64,000 bases of DNA from a virus (lineage: Duplodnaviria > Caudoviricetes), in IMG/VR virus record IMGVR_UViG_3300023174_000037. The stretch is one strand, 5' to 3'. Positions 45,501 through 52,764 of this stretch are shown in pieces; positions within the stretch are counted from its first letter, which is position 1, and each line of letters opens with the position of its first letter. The notes beneath the pieces are model-generated. The model was not told where the DNA came from. It did not search any database and was given only the letters and a program-made list of their open reading frames with translations. The position numbers were made by a program, and so were the translations under genes.

Positions 45501-48392
45501 GGCGAATACACATTGACTGTGCCATCAACTACAGGGCTGGCCACTGGTATGATTGTAACCGGTCTTGGAATCCCAGCTGATACTACTGTTACTGAAATTA
45601 ACGAAGTTGACAATATTGTAACAATGAGTCGTGCGGTGTTGCAGTCAATCACATCAAAGCCCGTAAATTTCTATAGTCCATTTGTAGTTGAAGAATGGGA
45701 TCGAGTACCAGCCAGCACACTAAGTGGTATCAACCGAACACAAGGTTTTTACTTGCCAACAGTTGACCAGCCTGGCCGTAGTTTGCCATTGCTGATAGAC
45801 GGGCTAAACTATCCTGGAGTGCAGGTGTATGGACTGGGATTTGACTTCAATACTGGATATGACGTAGGCAACTATGACATCAATCCATTTGACAATATCA
45901 GCTATGGACCTGAAGGTTTTCCAACTTACGATCCGGCATTGTTAGATGCCACCTATTCAAGTTCATTTGATGATGTGTTCTTGGGAACCAGACCAGCAGA
46001 TATCAATGTCAACGGCGGCGGATACATAGATGAATTTAGCAGTTATGCACCAGAAGAATTAGTTCCAGGCAGTGAGTTTGATACTTTAGATTTCCGTGTT
46101 TATACCTCTCCGGGATTTGATAACACTGGGCTTGGACACGGATTCCCAGCAGCGTCACAGAGATTTGTGTATGATCCAGCAAATCCTGTGTTGAGTTTTG
46201 CAGGGTTTTTAAAGCATCCATTTACAGTTGTTGTGTTTAATGCAACTTCAGGATTGGCTATTGAACCAACTAATTATGATTGGGCCAACTATGAAGTCAC
46301 AATTGATCCAGCAACATCCAATGCTGGAGATATTATAAATCTTTATATAACTGGTGTCGGCGGCGGCAATCAGTTGTATCTCAACACTTATAACCAAGCG
46401 GCGCTTGATGAAATAGTAGTGCCTTTTGCAGTGCCATCTGTATACAACATTACCACAACATACACATGGGGTGATGTAGTTTCCTACAATGGTGATTTTT
46501 ATCGCGCCACAGCAGTAACCACTGGAAATCTTCCAGTCAATTTGGTTGGTTGGACACTGGTGTCCAGCGCCGCAGTGATTTATCAAATATTGATCTACAA
46601 CGGCGAAGAACAACTAGAAGCTGGAACTGACTATACTGTCTCGAGCAGTGGTGGTTCGACCACAGTTACATTTGCTACAACATACGATAATACTGCACGT
46701 ATTAATCTAGCTGTGTTTGGATATGCAGTTGATGGGCCAACTCATAGTTGGAGCCTGCCTGTGTTCCAAACTTTGGAAGCTACCGGCGGAACTACAGTTG
46801 ACTTAATTAATAGTCTACAAGGCACCAACGCAGTTAATCTTATTATAGTAGTCAACGGGCAAAGACTTAATCCGTATCAAGGCAGCGAATACGTGGGTGA
46901 TAACGTAACCGTTGAATATGAGTTGCCTAACAGTTATGGGTACGACCCTGCGTTAGTGTCTGATAACGATGTGTTTGTATTTGTTGACAATGTTAAATTA
47001 ATCCAAGACTTGGACTATGTAGTTGACGCTTACGACGGAATATCTGATTATAGAACCATAACATTCACTACAGCCCCAGTCACTGGATCTAAAATACTAT
47101 TGTCGGTTGCAACTGAATGTGGATATCGATTATACAACCAATCGTTAACATTCCTGCCTGGCAACATACCAGCCGCTGGAGATATTGTTGAAATAATAAC
47201 TTGGAATGATACTTCAGAACAAAGATTGTTGACCGAAGTGTTTGTTGGGCCTGGCACGATCAATAATAACACATTTGATCTTGGACGCGAAGTTACTAAC
47301 CCAGAAAGAATGTTAGTGACACTAAATGGTTATTGGTTGTTCAATGGCATTGACTTTGTGTTCAATGGTACAACTATAACCATTTCAGGTCAAACTATTA
47401 TATCAACAGATGTGGTAGCAGTCACACTCTTTACTGACAGAGTGGTTCCAGACCCAATGGCTTTCCGCATATTCCAAGATATGCGTCAAGTTCAGGCTAC
47501 CTATAGAATTACTCCCAGCACTACAACTACATTAGTTCAACCTGTTGAAATAGCAGACGACATAATTTACGTAGAGGATGCATCAGCGTTAAGTGAACCA
47601 AACTTTGCCACATCATACTCCAATAATATTTCATATAACCTTGGTGCTGTAGTCATATATGGTACTGAGTTTTATCAGGCCATTGCATTTACCACTGGGA
47701 ATTTGCCAACTGATACTGATTACTGGGAGTTAACTGATGGTGCTGCAAATATTTGGGGGATCCTTACTGTCAACGGTGAACGTATTTTGTATCGTAATAG
47801 AGACACTGTGACCAATACCGTCAGTGGACTGTTGCGTGGCACAGCCGGAACGGCAATTACTACTCACAACGTGGGAACATACGTTTACAACATGGGACGT
47901 GAAAACTTAATGCCGCTGGGTTGCCAGAATTATGTGGTATCAAACATAACTAATCCGTTGGAATCCGGAGTAAACCTAGGCGACGGAACCACTATAGAAT
48001 TCGTAGCCAGTGATATATCTTTGGTGATCGCCGGTGCTACAGCTTGGGTAGTATCAAATACTTACGCCTCTGGAGCTGCTGTGGTCAACAGCGGCAACTA
48101 CTATAGAGCAATCATTGCCGTTCCAGCCAACACCGCTATAACCAATACCACTTACTGGGAACCAATGAGTAACGCGGTTGAAGTGTATGTGGGCGGAGCT
48201 AGAATTCCTAATACTGACTACACTATGACTAGTCAAAATCCTGTTACTGTAGAATTTGATACAGCACCACCTGATGGCGCAGAAGTAGCGATCCTAGTTA
48301 AACGAGCACACACCTGGTACAACGTAGATACACCAAACTTGCCGCTTAACGAGACTGACACTATTTGTGCAAGGTTTTTACAGGGACAATAA
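33594..48392 (+). CDS. giant multi-domain virion/baseplate protein (4932 aa; gp7 position)
   Basis: Uninterrupted 14.8 kb ORF coupled (TAATG) to gp6; beta-rich, with FG-GAP-like blades, CBM5/12-like modules and Ig-like repeats. Confidence 0.75.
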   Translation: MARTRSVDFLPEIFQTSTNRQVLAATLDQMIQEPQLKQIQGFVGRRVGPGVIPGDYYVAEPTATRTNYQLEPGVVQIDPTDSKKVVDAITYPGITDALNLQGAVTQNADQLYTSEYYAWDPFVDFDKYVNYAQYYWLPGGPDAVDVFTGAKPLTDNFVVTRANGNYTFSGESGENPTLTLVRGGSYTFQIAQNEASSVNFRVSNQGTSAWVIDYVNNPTLTLVRGNTYTFTLVSTPALPFYIKTQQTLGINNLFTDGVTNNGAATGTITFVVPQNAPDTLYYNNSTQMNMQGVFTIVDASPGTGPNFWIQTSPGVNGRIPATPNISSRLGPVNGVTNNGIDLGTITFEVPSKNDQDFYYSLPYINTNGGQVNLITDLQFDQLNNVFVDQFLAEYPNGIDGITNLQGRTIVFTEPDPDPSAGGWLVKSQFDPLVRTAPPATPVIAGPGSFDSLEFDQTTPIADVAIQRSVWQIQYVTADGGGQYMRLTSIYDIPDLYKFNIQFGEVYSSTSWYKDENGAFQQIPLLAAIQDRLYYQDGIDPGIFGEINVIDQSAADSLDILDILGKKNYISPNGVVFTNGLKVQFNGSVVPAGYQGNNYYVEGVGTAIQLLPVTDFVTPETYTQSSSVPYDSTLYDFGNYDASLNQPAQPDYLTINRSSPDLNPWTRSNRWFHVSVIEQSAAYNNSVLIVDNALRARRPILEFRGGTRLIDFGTKGKQPVDIIDLTNTDAFSTVNGATGYGVDGYNLINGSRIIFAADIDPDVRDKIYVVEFITPDTVPPLIAEPVINLVPATDADVLVDNSVVCLSGLTLQGKSFWFDGVSWITSQQKTSVNQAPLFDVYDANGVSFSDPIVYPSSDFRGSKLFSYAPSSNGKDPVLGFAIKYLSLSNIGDIVFDNNLYTDTFNYTVDSVGYTKNISLGFVREYQDRVTYQRELGWQTAVVPSRARQQFQFNYDGTPLQLDVAALSSTVIPSIQLFVSSEFQAPYKYSVATTADSTTITWTDASYDNGVAFATGDIIEVLVLSDQASKVAFYQVPINLENNPLNVNSPYFTVGTARTHYESICENLLDLVGPINGNNNTRDLGNIIPYGTSIIQNSAPMTLAGYFMRSKQYNIFDSLAYSSREYEQYKAQLLNAVVTTDYTNYTIPAMLTAVVTQLVAGRTQVNPFYWTDMLPANPVYTSTTTTYSLISTPVFNLNTTYDFTSSNYQSVLVYVNDVLLQTNYDYVVSTDAPSLTITVPLNVGDVITIQEYATTYGTFVPNTPTKLGLYPAFQPKIYLDTTYVNPTLVIQGHDGSLTVAFGDFRDQLLLEFETRIFNNLKIKSEVPLTLTDVTPGQFRSTGYSLAEINDILAPSFLSWLGWNKLTYAEQTYNSANQFTWNYSAAGNRLSGSTTGTELPLPVGAWRGIYQYFYDTPTPQSTPWEMLGFSQEPDWWTETYGPAPYTSGNLILWEDLAAGKVADPAGAYYLPKYARPGLVMYGAGNISMQSGGSGYSAQTTVTISNPPAGDYSTPATLGTPVIVGGVIVSIPVTNPGRGYTSPPDIIIKDLGGGTGARASCTLTRVQDVIPVDSEGNLLSPFFSVVGLYDSSQWQKSWVFGDEGPVEYSWRTSSAFPFAVMRLLALTRPAKFFSLFADRDLYKYDADLEQYLYNQRYRLDANGVEVYGNGLSKASYIDWIVDYNRQLGINSTDKLAEDLSLLDVRLCYRMGTFTDKQYLSIIAETSSPDSTNSSLLIPDNSYNLLVYKNQPFSQTLYSAVVIQVVDGGWSVTGYSLTNPYFEILASRTGGPTRVITAGGTRVTVPTTYTQNVVQVPYGYVFTNQTVVADFLLSYGALLESQGLVFDARENGTTLNWNQMVQEYLYWANQGWMTGSVISLNPTAQELTLVTPEAIVDSIVTQTPENLILDQNRTTIPSSQLVIDRYENTFKVTSLNEQTISYIALRSTSYESLVILDNVSVFGDLLYDPATGARQSRVNVVATVAAEWNGQLDAQGFINNNTQTVKEWQPLQKYTKGEIVIYKNNYWQALNIIQPSTQWNQSLWSQSNYTRIQSGLLQNIPLLANQLATSYDVNQANLQTEQDLFAFGLIGFRPRQYMTDLNLGDISQVNLYQQLIKDKGTLNSVRLLTNTNLNKETAQYQVYENWGIQRGIYGANANRRFVEMRLNEALLTSNPGTVQIIAPQEVSVADQTILYENLWRESYNVTSPDIFPTAIMPVADSALPSAGYVNLEDVDITVFDLDGQLGLADGVLNTIGIGTTVWAAKSNAYDWNVYRCTEVPGYISSAAPNLNGTAIVTFTQPPGLVVGDVLIIRFLDPTVDGVYNVIALPGLTSVAIALTISNTVTGTGLGFSLQTMRVNQASDVLNLPYTAALGPGAKVWVDNDGTGHWEVLEKTDPFTDVGAIEPTVPAVDSGYGSAVAQAYQNIVAMVGAPGYGTAGAIYTYVKDVTDSYSENSILLLNADQTLGFGNAMQIGYQNWAVAGASASRSNQGYAVAIYRATGSTAFEQRQLLIPPDGDYSNAEFGYSVTVSQDEQWMYVSAPGQNKVYPYGRVTIPGQTAQFITPGTYRVYDVGGIIEFDNELQLAVVLNNELLTIGVDYTVGGTVVNLAGIPVEGQKLIITRKVQQDYIGDGVETVFDLGPFLYTADNIDSFVVSVNEVIQVPDFDYTFSATGDYPITFTTAPDADSAIKILTGTYWQPMDAIEGPASSRFGSAIHTTTDGRQIIIGASADESDPGLNSGAVYVFNRSVTRYIISDTTQLTYALPAGYQDPVAVILNSVYLTNTAQYINGQFTVTGGDVVLGVALNVGDVLEIESNIFTQVQKIVPEAPYDESAFGAAVDICPNNCSIYTGAPVDGTILLAAGSVQRNVNQARVYGTITSTNANPTLTAGDTILVNNMPVAVPASPNNTVTGLKNAIIAAAIPNVTASVAAGLLTINIVNVAAADAYNRLTVWPGITGTAFDDLGFNTYAYTQTIVSPNPSASANFGAALNIDTTALTLVVGAPRGDLYEAVIFDNGTTYFDDRSTTFFNEILESGVVYTFDYLSSATDTVTNPGNFVFGQQVYDNQTNTADQWGAAVNYTTGKLLIGSPTGADNYGRVGQFINLDRLPAWKILRRQQPVVDVALLNSVYMYNKLQSQETYFFDFIDPLQGKILGVARQNIDFISQVNPAQYNFGPINNIGNFWGSERVGTIWWDTTNARFIDPNQDNIVYSSRRWGQLFPSSTVDIYQWVASSTPPAGYTGEGTPLNTTSYSVRAQLTTTGTFETVYYFWVTGITTIAINEGKTLSTTGIARYIEEPRSSGIPYIAALNASTVAIYNGSQYLSAFDTILHVDFSQELSDANIHTEFQLIADGNPNSFLADNLYQKLQDSFCGYNQNGAQVPDPFLSPPEQYGVAFSPRQSLFVNRLLALENYLTRTNEILKYLPIVEQRRFILLNSSEPVPAAGSEEYNKVLDNIEQLSFQNLNQVPLGYKYLILSDSTFNGAWTIYEVILASNAPAAPKVTQLFRIQNFNTKNYWYHIDWYRLGYNSSTTPVAQVPNYASLVTLNVTVGSSVKVTANAQNKWEIYLRTDTGWDRVGLQDGTIAFDNTLWDYAAGRYGFDAEVFDAQYYDQEPVIETRNIIQAINNELFINDLAIFKNQLLILMFKFILTEEQAPDWLMKTSFINVRHDIRSLLPFPTYRQDNQDFVSDYLQEVKPYHVQVKQFNLVYKGQDEYPGFATDFDNPPYYDTSLEIPQFVSPILLPYTKSTAVGTGRPSDIADTPANAEIWATTPWQEWYNNYLLSLTSVSVTATGSGYATEPEVIIGTEWTADTAYTLGQQVFYGSNLYSVTVAGTSADVPPSWVTGSELSGTATLTYVGTPATAVAVINSQLQVIAVNVVDDGAGYTTNPVITFVSATGTGAQARANMGNPLVREFNLTIKYDRYEYVSTITDWNYLVAVYPANTQVRFADTVWQAIDTVTNTPIVLNSTGTAGEYTLTVPSTTGLATGMIVTGLGIPADTTVTEINEVDNIVTMSRAVLQSITSKPVNFYSPFVVEEWDRVPASTLSGINRTQGFYLPTVDQPGRSLPLLIDGLNYPGVQVYGLGFDFNTGYDVGNYDINPFDNISYGPEGFPTYDPALLDATYSSSFDDVFLGTRPADINVNGGGYIDEFSSYAPEELVPGSEFDTLDFRVYTSPGFDNTGLGHGFPAASQRFVYDPANPVLSFAGFLKHPFTVVVFNATSGLAIEPTNYDWANYEVTIDPATSNAGDIINLYITGVGGGNQLYLNTYNQAALDEIVVPFAVPSVYNITTTYTWGDVVSYNGDFYRATAVTTGNLPVNLVGWTLVSSAAVIYQILIYNGEEQLEAGTDYTVSSSGGSTTVTFATTYDNTARINLAVFGYAVDGPTHSWSLPVFQTLEATGGTTVDLINSLQGTNAVNLIIVVNGQRLNPYQGSEYVGDNVTVEYELPNSYGYDPALVSDNDVFVFVDNVKLIQDLDYVVDAYDGISDYRTITFTTAPVTGSKILLSVATECGYRLYNQSLTFLPGNIPAAGDIVEIITWNDTSEQRLLTEVFVGPGTINNNTFDLGREVTNPERMLVTLNGYWLFNGIDFVFNGTTITISGQTIISTDVVAVTLFTDRVVPDPMAFRIFQDMRQVQATYRITPSTTTTLVQPVEIADDIIYVEDASALSEPNFATSYSNNISYNLGAVVIYGTEFYQAIAFTTGNLPTDTDYWELTDGAANIWGILTVNGERILYRNRDTVTNTVSGLLRGTAGTAITTHNVGTYVYNMGRENLMPLGCQNYVVSNITNPLESGVNLGDGTTIEFVASDISLVIAGATAWVVSNTYASGAAVVNSGNYYRAIIAVPANTAITNTTYWEPMSNAVEVYVGGARIPNTDYTMTSQNPVTVEFDTAPPDGAEVAILVKRAHTWYNVDTPNLPLNETDTICARFLQGQ

Positions 48393-48399
48393 TTCAAGG

Positions 48400-48405
48400 T
48401 AAATA
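48400..48405 (+). promoter_or_regulatory. late promoter core TAAATA (49 aa ORF)
   Basis: 6 nt before ATG 48412; further copies at 49173, 49197, 50506 and 50510. Confidence 0.55.
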
Positions 48406-48411
48406 ATATAC

Positions 48412-48561
48412 ATGGAAAAAACAGCCCAACAACCCGCACAAAACAAGCCTGCTGCTCCTAAGCCCAAACGGCCCAACGAAACCAGTGCCATTTCAGTTGA
48501 GGGATTTGTAAAAATATTTGATCCTAACACTAAAGAGACATTTGTGGAGAAACGAGCATGA
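48412..48561 (+). CDS. small unannotated 49 aa protein
   Basis: Hand-translated MEKTAQQPAQNKPAAPKPKRPNETSAISVEGFVKIFDPNTKETFVEKRA*. TAAATA 6 nt upstream; ATGA overlap with next gene; below the track size cutoff. Confidence 0.65.
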   Translation: MEKTAQQPAQNKPAAPKPKRPNETSAISVEGFVKIFDPNTKETFVEKRA

Positions 48562-49175
48562 TTCAACCAGGCCTGGCCAAAATTGAAGGTTTTGTCAAAA
48601 TAATTGACCCCAACTCAGGTGAGGTTCTTGTAGATAAAAAGAACGCAATTCATTACGAGAATATCAGTATTGCTATGGCTCAAACCTTAAGCAATCGCAC
48701 CAGCGCCCAGGGCGGCGGCTGGATTTACGAAATGGCGTTTGGCAACGGTGGATCCAGTGTAGACCCAACTGGTGTTATCACATACTTGCCGCCTAATATA
48801 ACTGGCCAAAATGCAGACTTATACAACGAAACTTATGCCAAAGTTGTAAACGACAACAGCGCAGCAGACGTGGATCCTGCAAACAATTACATGACAGTAA
48901 TTCACACCACTGGTATGCCGTATACAGATATTTTAGTGACCTGTTTATTAGACTACGGCGAACCCGCTGGACAACAGGCCTTTGATAACAGCACCAATTT
49001 TAACGGCGAATATGTGTTTGATGAGCTAGGCCTTAAGAGCTGGGCCGGCAGTCCAACTGATTTGATACTAATTACTCATGTAATTTTTCACCCAGTGCAA
49101 AAGAGTTTGAATCGTCAGATTCAAATTGAATATACCCTACGTATCCAGACTCTTACTAACCTGAGTGCCGCATAA
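48558..49175 (+). CDS. conserved structural protein (baseplate/fibre attachment)
   Basis: MAFGNGG, FDELGL and LITHVIFHPVQKS motifs; lies between the giant protein and fibre genes. Confidence 0.55.
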   Translation: MIQPGLAKIEGFVKIIDPNSGEVLVDKKNAIHYENISIAMAQTLSNRTSAQGGGWIYEMAFGNGGSSVDPTGVITYLPPNITGQNADLYNETYAKVVNDNSAADVDPANNYMTVIHTTGMPYTDILVTCLLDYGEPAGQQAFDNSTNFNGEYVFDELGLKSWAGSPTDLILITHVIFHPVQKSLNRQIQIEYTLRIQTLTNLSAA

Positions 49176-49225
49176 ATATGAGTATATTAAGTTGCATAAA
49201 TAAGAACAGGACGGAGTGAAAAAAA

Positions 49226-50512
49226 ATGTCATACATAATTAACTTAACAAATGGTAACGTATTAACTACTATCGCTGATGGTACTCTTAACACTACCGCT
49301 TGTAGCATGGCGCTGCCGGGAAAAAACTATGCCGGTTATGGTATATATTTAGATGACAATTTTGTTCATCTATTAGAAAACAGTTCCAACGGAACAGCAC
49401 CAACAACTCCGTTGATTGGCCAGTTATGGTGGAATTCTTCAGTCAAAGTAATGAGTGTGTGGAATGGCACTGTTTGGAAAACAATCAGTTCAGCAACATC
49501 CAGCGCCACAGCGCCTGCTTCAAGTGTGCAAGGCGACTTGTGGTATGACACTACTAACCAACAATTAAATGTTTATTCTGGTACAACCTGGATCTTGGTA
49601 GGACCAGCGTTCACCAATGCACAAGGTACCACTGGTGCTATTCCTGCCACAGTGTCAGACAACAGTGCTGTCCAACACACTATTTTACAACTTTATGTAG
49701 GCGGTGTGCTAATGGGCATCATGAGTAAAGATACCACTGCATTTACTCCAAGTCCTGCTATTGCTGGATTTGCCACTATTCAACCAGGCTTACAACTCAG
49801 CACAGTCAGTGCGGCCTACCAATTCCAGGGCACAATTACCAATGCGGCTACTTTAGGCACTTCTAATCTCACTGCCAACAGTTTTATGCGGTCAGACGCT
49901 GCTGCAACCACCACTGGCAAAATAACTACAACCAGCAATCAAGGTTTAGCATTAGGAGCCAATGGTGACCTAGCTATTTCAGTTGCGGGATCGGACATAA
50001 GCATTGTTAATAATGATACCAATGGCAACATTAGGTTTGGTGCCAACGTTGGTGGAACTCCAACCACAGTAATGACCATCAATGGCAGCACTGGTGCTAT
50101 TTCAGGCAATCAAATCAATGCCAACTATGCTGACGTTGCAGAACGCTTTGCAGCCGATGAAGAATTAACAGCAGGAACAGTAGTTGAACTGGGTGGTTCA
50201 GAAGAAATCACTCAAGTTACCGACGATTTGAGCGAAAATGTATTTGGAGTCATAAGTACGAGAGCAGCATATTTGATGAACAGTAATGCTGGAACAAATG
50301 TCACACACCCGCCAGTTGCTATGACCGGGCGAGTTCCAGTTAGAACCATTGGTCAAGTGCGTAAAGGCGATAGATTAGTAAGTGCAGGCGGTGGGTTGGC
50401 CAGAGCAGCAAAAGCTGGGGAAGCCACTGCATTTAATGTGATTGGTCGTGCGCTCAAAGACAAAGTCACCGACAGTGAAGGCACTGTTGAAGCCATTGTT
50501 ACTATTAAATAA
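49226..50512 (+). CDS. short tail fibre / baseplate wedge-type fibre with C-terminal chaperone-like (peptidase G2/IMC-like) domain
   Basis: N-terminal GKNYAGYG..LDDNFVHLLEN and GQLWW/GDLWYD repeats; C-terminal ANYADVAE...VFGVIST...PVAMTGRVPV...KGDRLV...IGRAL. Confidence 0.65.
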   Translation: MSYIINLTNGNVLTTIADGTLNTTACSMALPGKNYAGYGIYLDDNFVHLLENSSNGTAPTTPLIGQLWWNSSVKVMSVWNGTVWKTISSATSSATAPASSVQGDLWYDTTNQQLNVYSGTTWILVGPAFTNAQGTTGAIPATVSDNSAVQHTILQLYVGGVLMGIMSKDTTAFTPSPAIAGFATIQPGLQLSTVSAAYQFQGTITNAATLGTSNLTANSFMRSDAAATTTGKITTTSNQGLALGANGDLAISVAGSDISIVNNDTNGNIRFGANVGGTPTTVMTINGSTGAISGNQINANYADVAERFAADEELTAGTVVELGGSEEITQVTDDLSENVFGVISTRAAYLMNSNAGTNVTHPPVAMTGRVPVRTIGQVRKGDRLVSAGGGLARAAKAGEATAFNVIGRALKDKVTDSEGTVEAIVTIK

Positions 50513-50600
50513 ATACTGTGACAGGATTAAAATCACCCAGCAATTGTCATGTATAATTGCGTTGAAATTGATCAACTAATACAAAGGGAAATAAAATAAA

Positions 50601-51578
50601 ATGACTTATAGCGTAGGCGGATTAATACAAGCAGCAGACTACAACGGATTTGTTGCTAACACAGCAAGTGCCAATGTCAACGCAGTGTGGAATAGCACAT
50701 ATGGGCAACCAGCATTAGTGACAGCAAACGTTGGATCAACTGTGACTGCCACACAATGGGCATCACTAAACAACACATTAACATCTGTTGGTAATCATCA
50801 AGCCACTACACTAACAAGTAGAACCAGCCCAGTGGCCGGCAACACCATTGCTATCTTGGCCAATGTCAACACTGACCTTACCACAGTTAATTCCAACAAG
50901 TATTATGCCTACGCATCAGGAACACAGTTTACAGCATGGACCGGGACAGCCAGTCAAACAGCAATAGTTGGCCATACCAATCAAACATGGACCATTACAT
51001 TTACTGACACTGTAACTTTTGCCAATGCCACAGCAGCCACTAACTTTTGGGGCAGCGGCGGCCTGATGAAGATACAATTTAGCAAAACCAGCACCGGTCT
51101 GGATGCTGATCCAGACTGGAACAACTTTATTACCAACGTATGCGGCACAGTGTATTTTACTTCAGACGCTAGTAGTAAGGTCATTGCCAACGTTACATAT
51201 TTAGGAACCAAGGTAGTGGGCGGCTCTGGCACTCCGACTGTATTGGCCACAGGAACAGGTTGGAATCAGTTGACCGGTAGTCCAACAACCATTTATCAAC
51301 AGTTTGATACTGCTTATACCTACACCGGTGACTATGTTCAAGTTACTGCAACAAAAACATCATCAACTGTGTTAACTCTAATAACCACTTGGTTCTCTGC
51401 AGCTCGCGCAACGTCAGGATCTAGTAGAACTATTTCAGGCGGAACAGCTACCACAGGTATTACATTTGGAACAGCACCAACCACAGTGGTCACATACTTC
51501 CCACCAGAATCTGTATATCTAGCCAATACTTGGGGCTCAACCAGTGTAGCAAGTTCAGTAAGCGCACCTGTGTATTAA
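50601..51578 (+). CDS. Thr/Gly-rich virion fibre or structural protein
   Basis: MTYSVGGLIQAADYN N-terminus, T/A/G-rich beta content, AAGGGA SD; last gene before the terminator. Confidence 0.55.
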   Translation: MTYSVGGLIQAADYNGFVANTASANVNAVWNSTYGQPALVTANVGSTVTATQWASLNNTLTSVGNHQATTLTSRTSPVAGNTIAILANVNTDLTTVNSNKYYAYASGTQFTAWTGTASQTAIVGHTNQTWTITFTDTVTFANATAATNFWGSGGLMKIQFSKTSTGLDADPDWNNFITNVCGTVYFTSDASSKVIANVTYLGTKVVGGSGTPTVLATGTGWNQLTGSPTTIYQQFDTAYTYTGDYVQVTATKTSSTVLTLITTWFSAARATSGSSRTISGGTATTGITFGTAPTTVVTYFPPESVYLANTWGSTSVASSVSAPVY

Positions 51579-51600
51579 TCGACACCCCTCAGTATTACCA

Positions 51601-51620
51601 AAAGGGGCTTTGGCCCCTTT
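51601..51620 (+). terminator. intrinsic terminator ending the tail operon
   Basis: aaaggggc-tttg-gccccttt hairpin. Confidence 0.75.
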
Positions 51621-51646
51621 ACCTTAATTGCTTTTTGTAGTATAAT
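51618..51646 (+). promoter_or_regulatory. sigma70-type promoter for the modification island
   Basis: TTTACC-17 nt-TATAAT, 6 nt before ATG 51653; no SD. Confidence 0.65.
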
Positions 51647-51652
51647 AAATCT

Positions 51653-51958
51653 ATGGATACCAACGAACTTATCTCCCACAGCCGTGCCCGCTTTGATCAT
51701 CATCAAGCCCGCATTGTGCTTAAAGAAAAATATCAAGCCAAACTGACTTTTGCCCACGCTGGCGGTATGTGGCGTGCCGGTCCGGAATTATTGGTGCTAT
51801 TGGCCACTATACCACCCGGTGATGCAGTAGTGCTAGATTTATACGAAACGCCAATTCGAGTTAACCCGGAGGAACTACGCGGACTAGCTATGACACGTTG
51901 GCAAGAGCAAATGAATGCCTGGTTAGTAGAATACGAAGAACTGAATCGTAACAGATGA
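51653..51958 (+). CDS. hypothetical protein
   Basis: 101 aa ORF with promoter and ATGA coupling to the next gene. Confidence 0.6.
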   Translation: MDTNELISHSRARFDHHQARIVLKEKYQAKLTFAHAGGMWRAGPELLVLLATIPPGDAVVLDLYETPIRVNPEELRGLAMTRWQEQMNAWLVEYEELNRNR

Positions 51959-52764
51959 CCAAAGGCGTCGTAATATTTGCGTTTAACAATGAGCAGATTG
52001 ATTATCTAGCCATGGCCGCTTGGGCAGCTCGTAACATTCGCAGACATTTAGATTTACCGGTCTGTGTAATCACCGACGTTACAGACACAGCTCGCACAGC
52101 TGATTTTGATCAAGTTGTTTTAACTGAACCGCAACAGACACAACAACATAGATATTTTTACGATTACAAAGCCAGTGCCGTCTGGCACAATACAAATCGA
52201 TCCAGTGTTTACGACCTAACACCATGGGACCATACTCTGGTATTAGATGCTGATTTTGTTGTAGCGTCCGATCAGTTAAAAAGATTATTTGAAATTGATC
52301 AAGACTTTGTTGCACACCGAACTGCGTATGACGTCACTGGGTTTAATGCATTTCATGACAACAACTGGTTTGGCACATACCGAATGCCAATGAGTTGGGC
52401 TACAGTCATGTGCTTTCGTCGAAGTAAAAAAGCTCAATTAATATTCGATACCATGCAGATGATTAGAGACAATTGGTTGCATTATAGACAGTTATACAGT
52501 GTCAGTGAAAATACATTCCGCAATGATTTTGCATTAAGTATTGCTATGAACCTAGTCGATGGCCATACATTAAGCACTCCACCTATTCCGTGGGACTTGG
52601 CCAGTGTTACAGCCAATACTAAATTGACTCAACTTGACCCAGATACATATAAAATATCGTACGTTACCAGCGACGACAAGCCCAAATGGATAGTATTAAA
52701 GCAACAAGATTTTCATGCCATGGGAAAACAAGCATTAGGAGGGATAGTTGCCAATCCTTGCTGA
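51955..52764 (+). CDS. GT-A fold glycosyltransferase-like protein
   Basis: KGVVIFAF...DYLAMA...LTPWDHTLVLDADF (DxD). Confidence 0.65.
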   Translation: MTKGVVIFAFNNEQIDYLAMAAWAARNIRRHLDLPVCVITDVTDTARTADFDQVVLTEPQQTQQHRYFYDYKASAVWHNTNRSSVYDLTPWDHTLVLDADFVVASDQLKRLFEIDQDFVAHRTAYDVTGFNAFHDNNWFGTYRMPMSWATVMCFRRSKKAQLIFDTMQMIRDNWLHYRQLYSVSENTFRNDFALSIAMNLVDGHTLSTPPIPWDLASVTANTKLTQLDPDTYKISYVTSDDKPKWIVLKQQDFHAMGKQALGGIVANPC

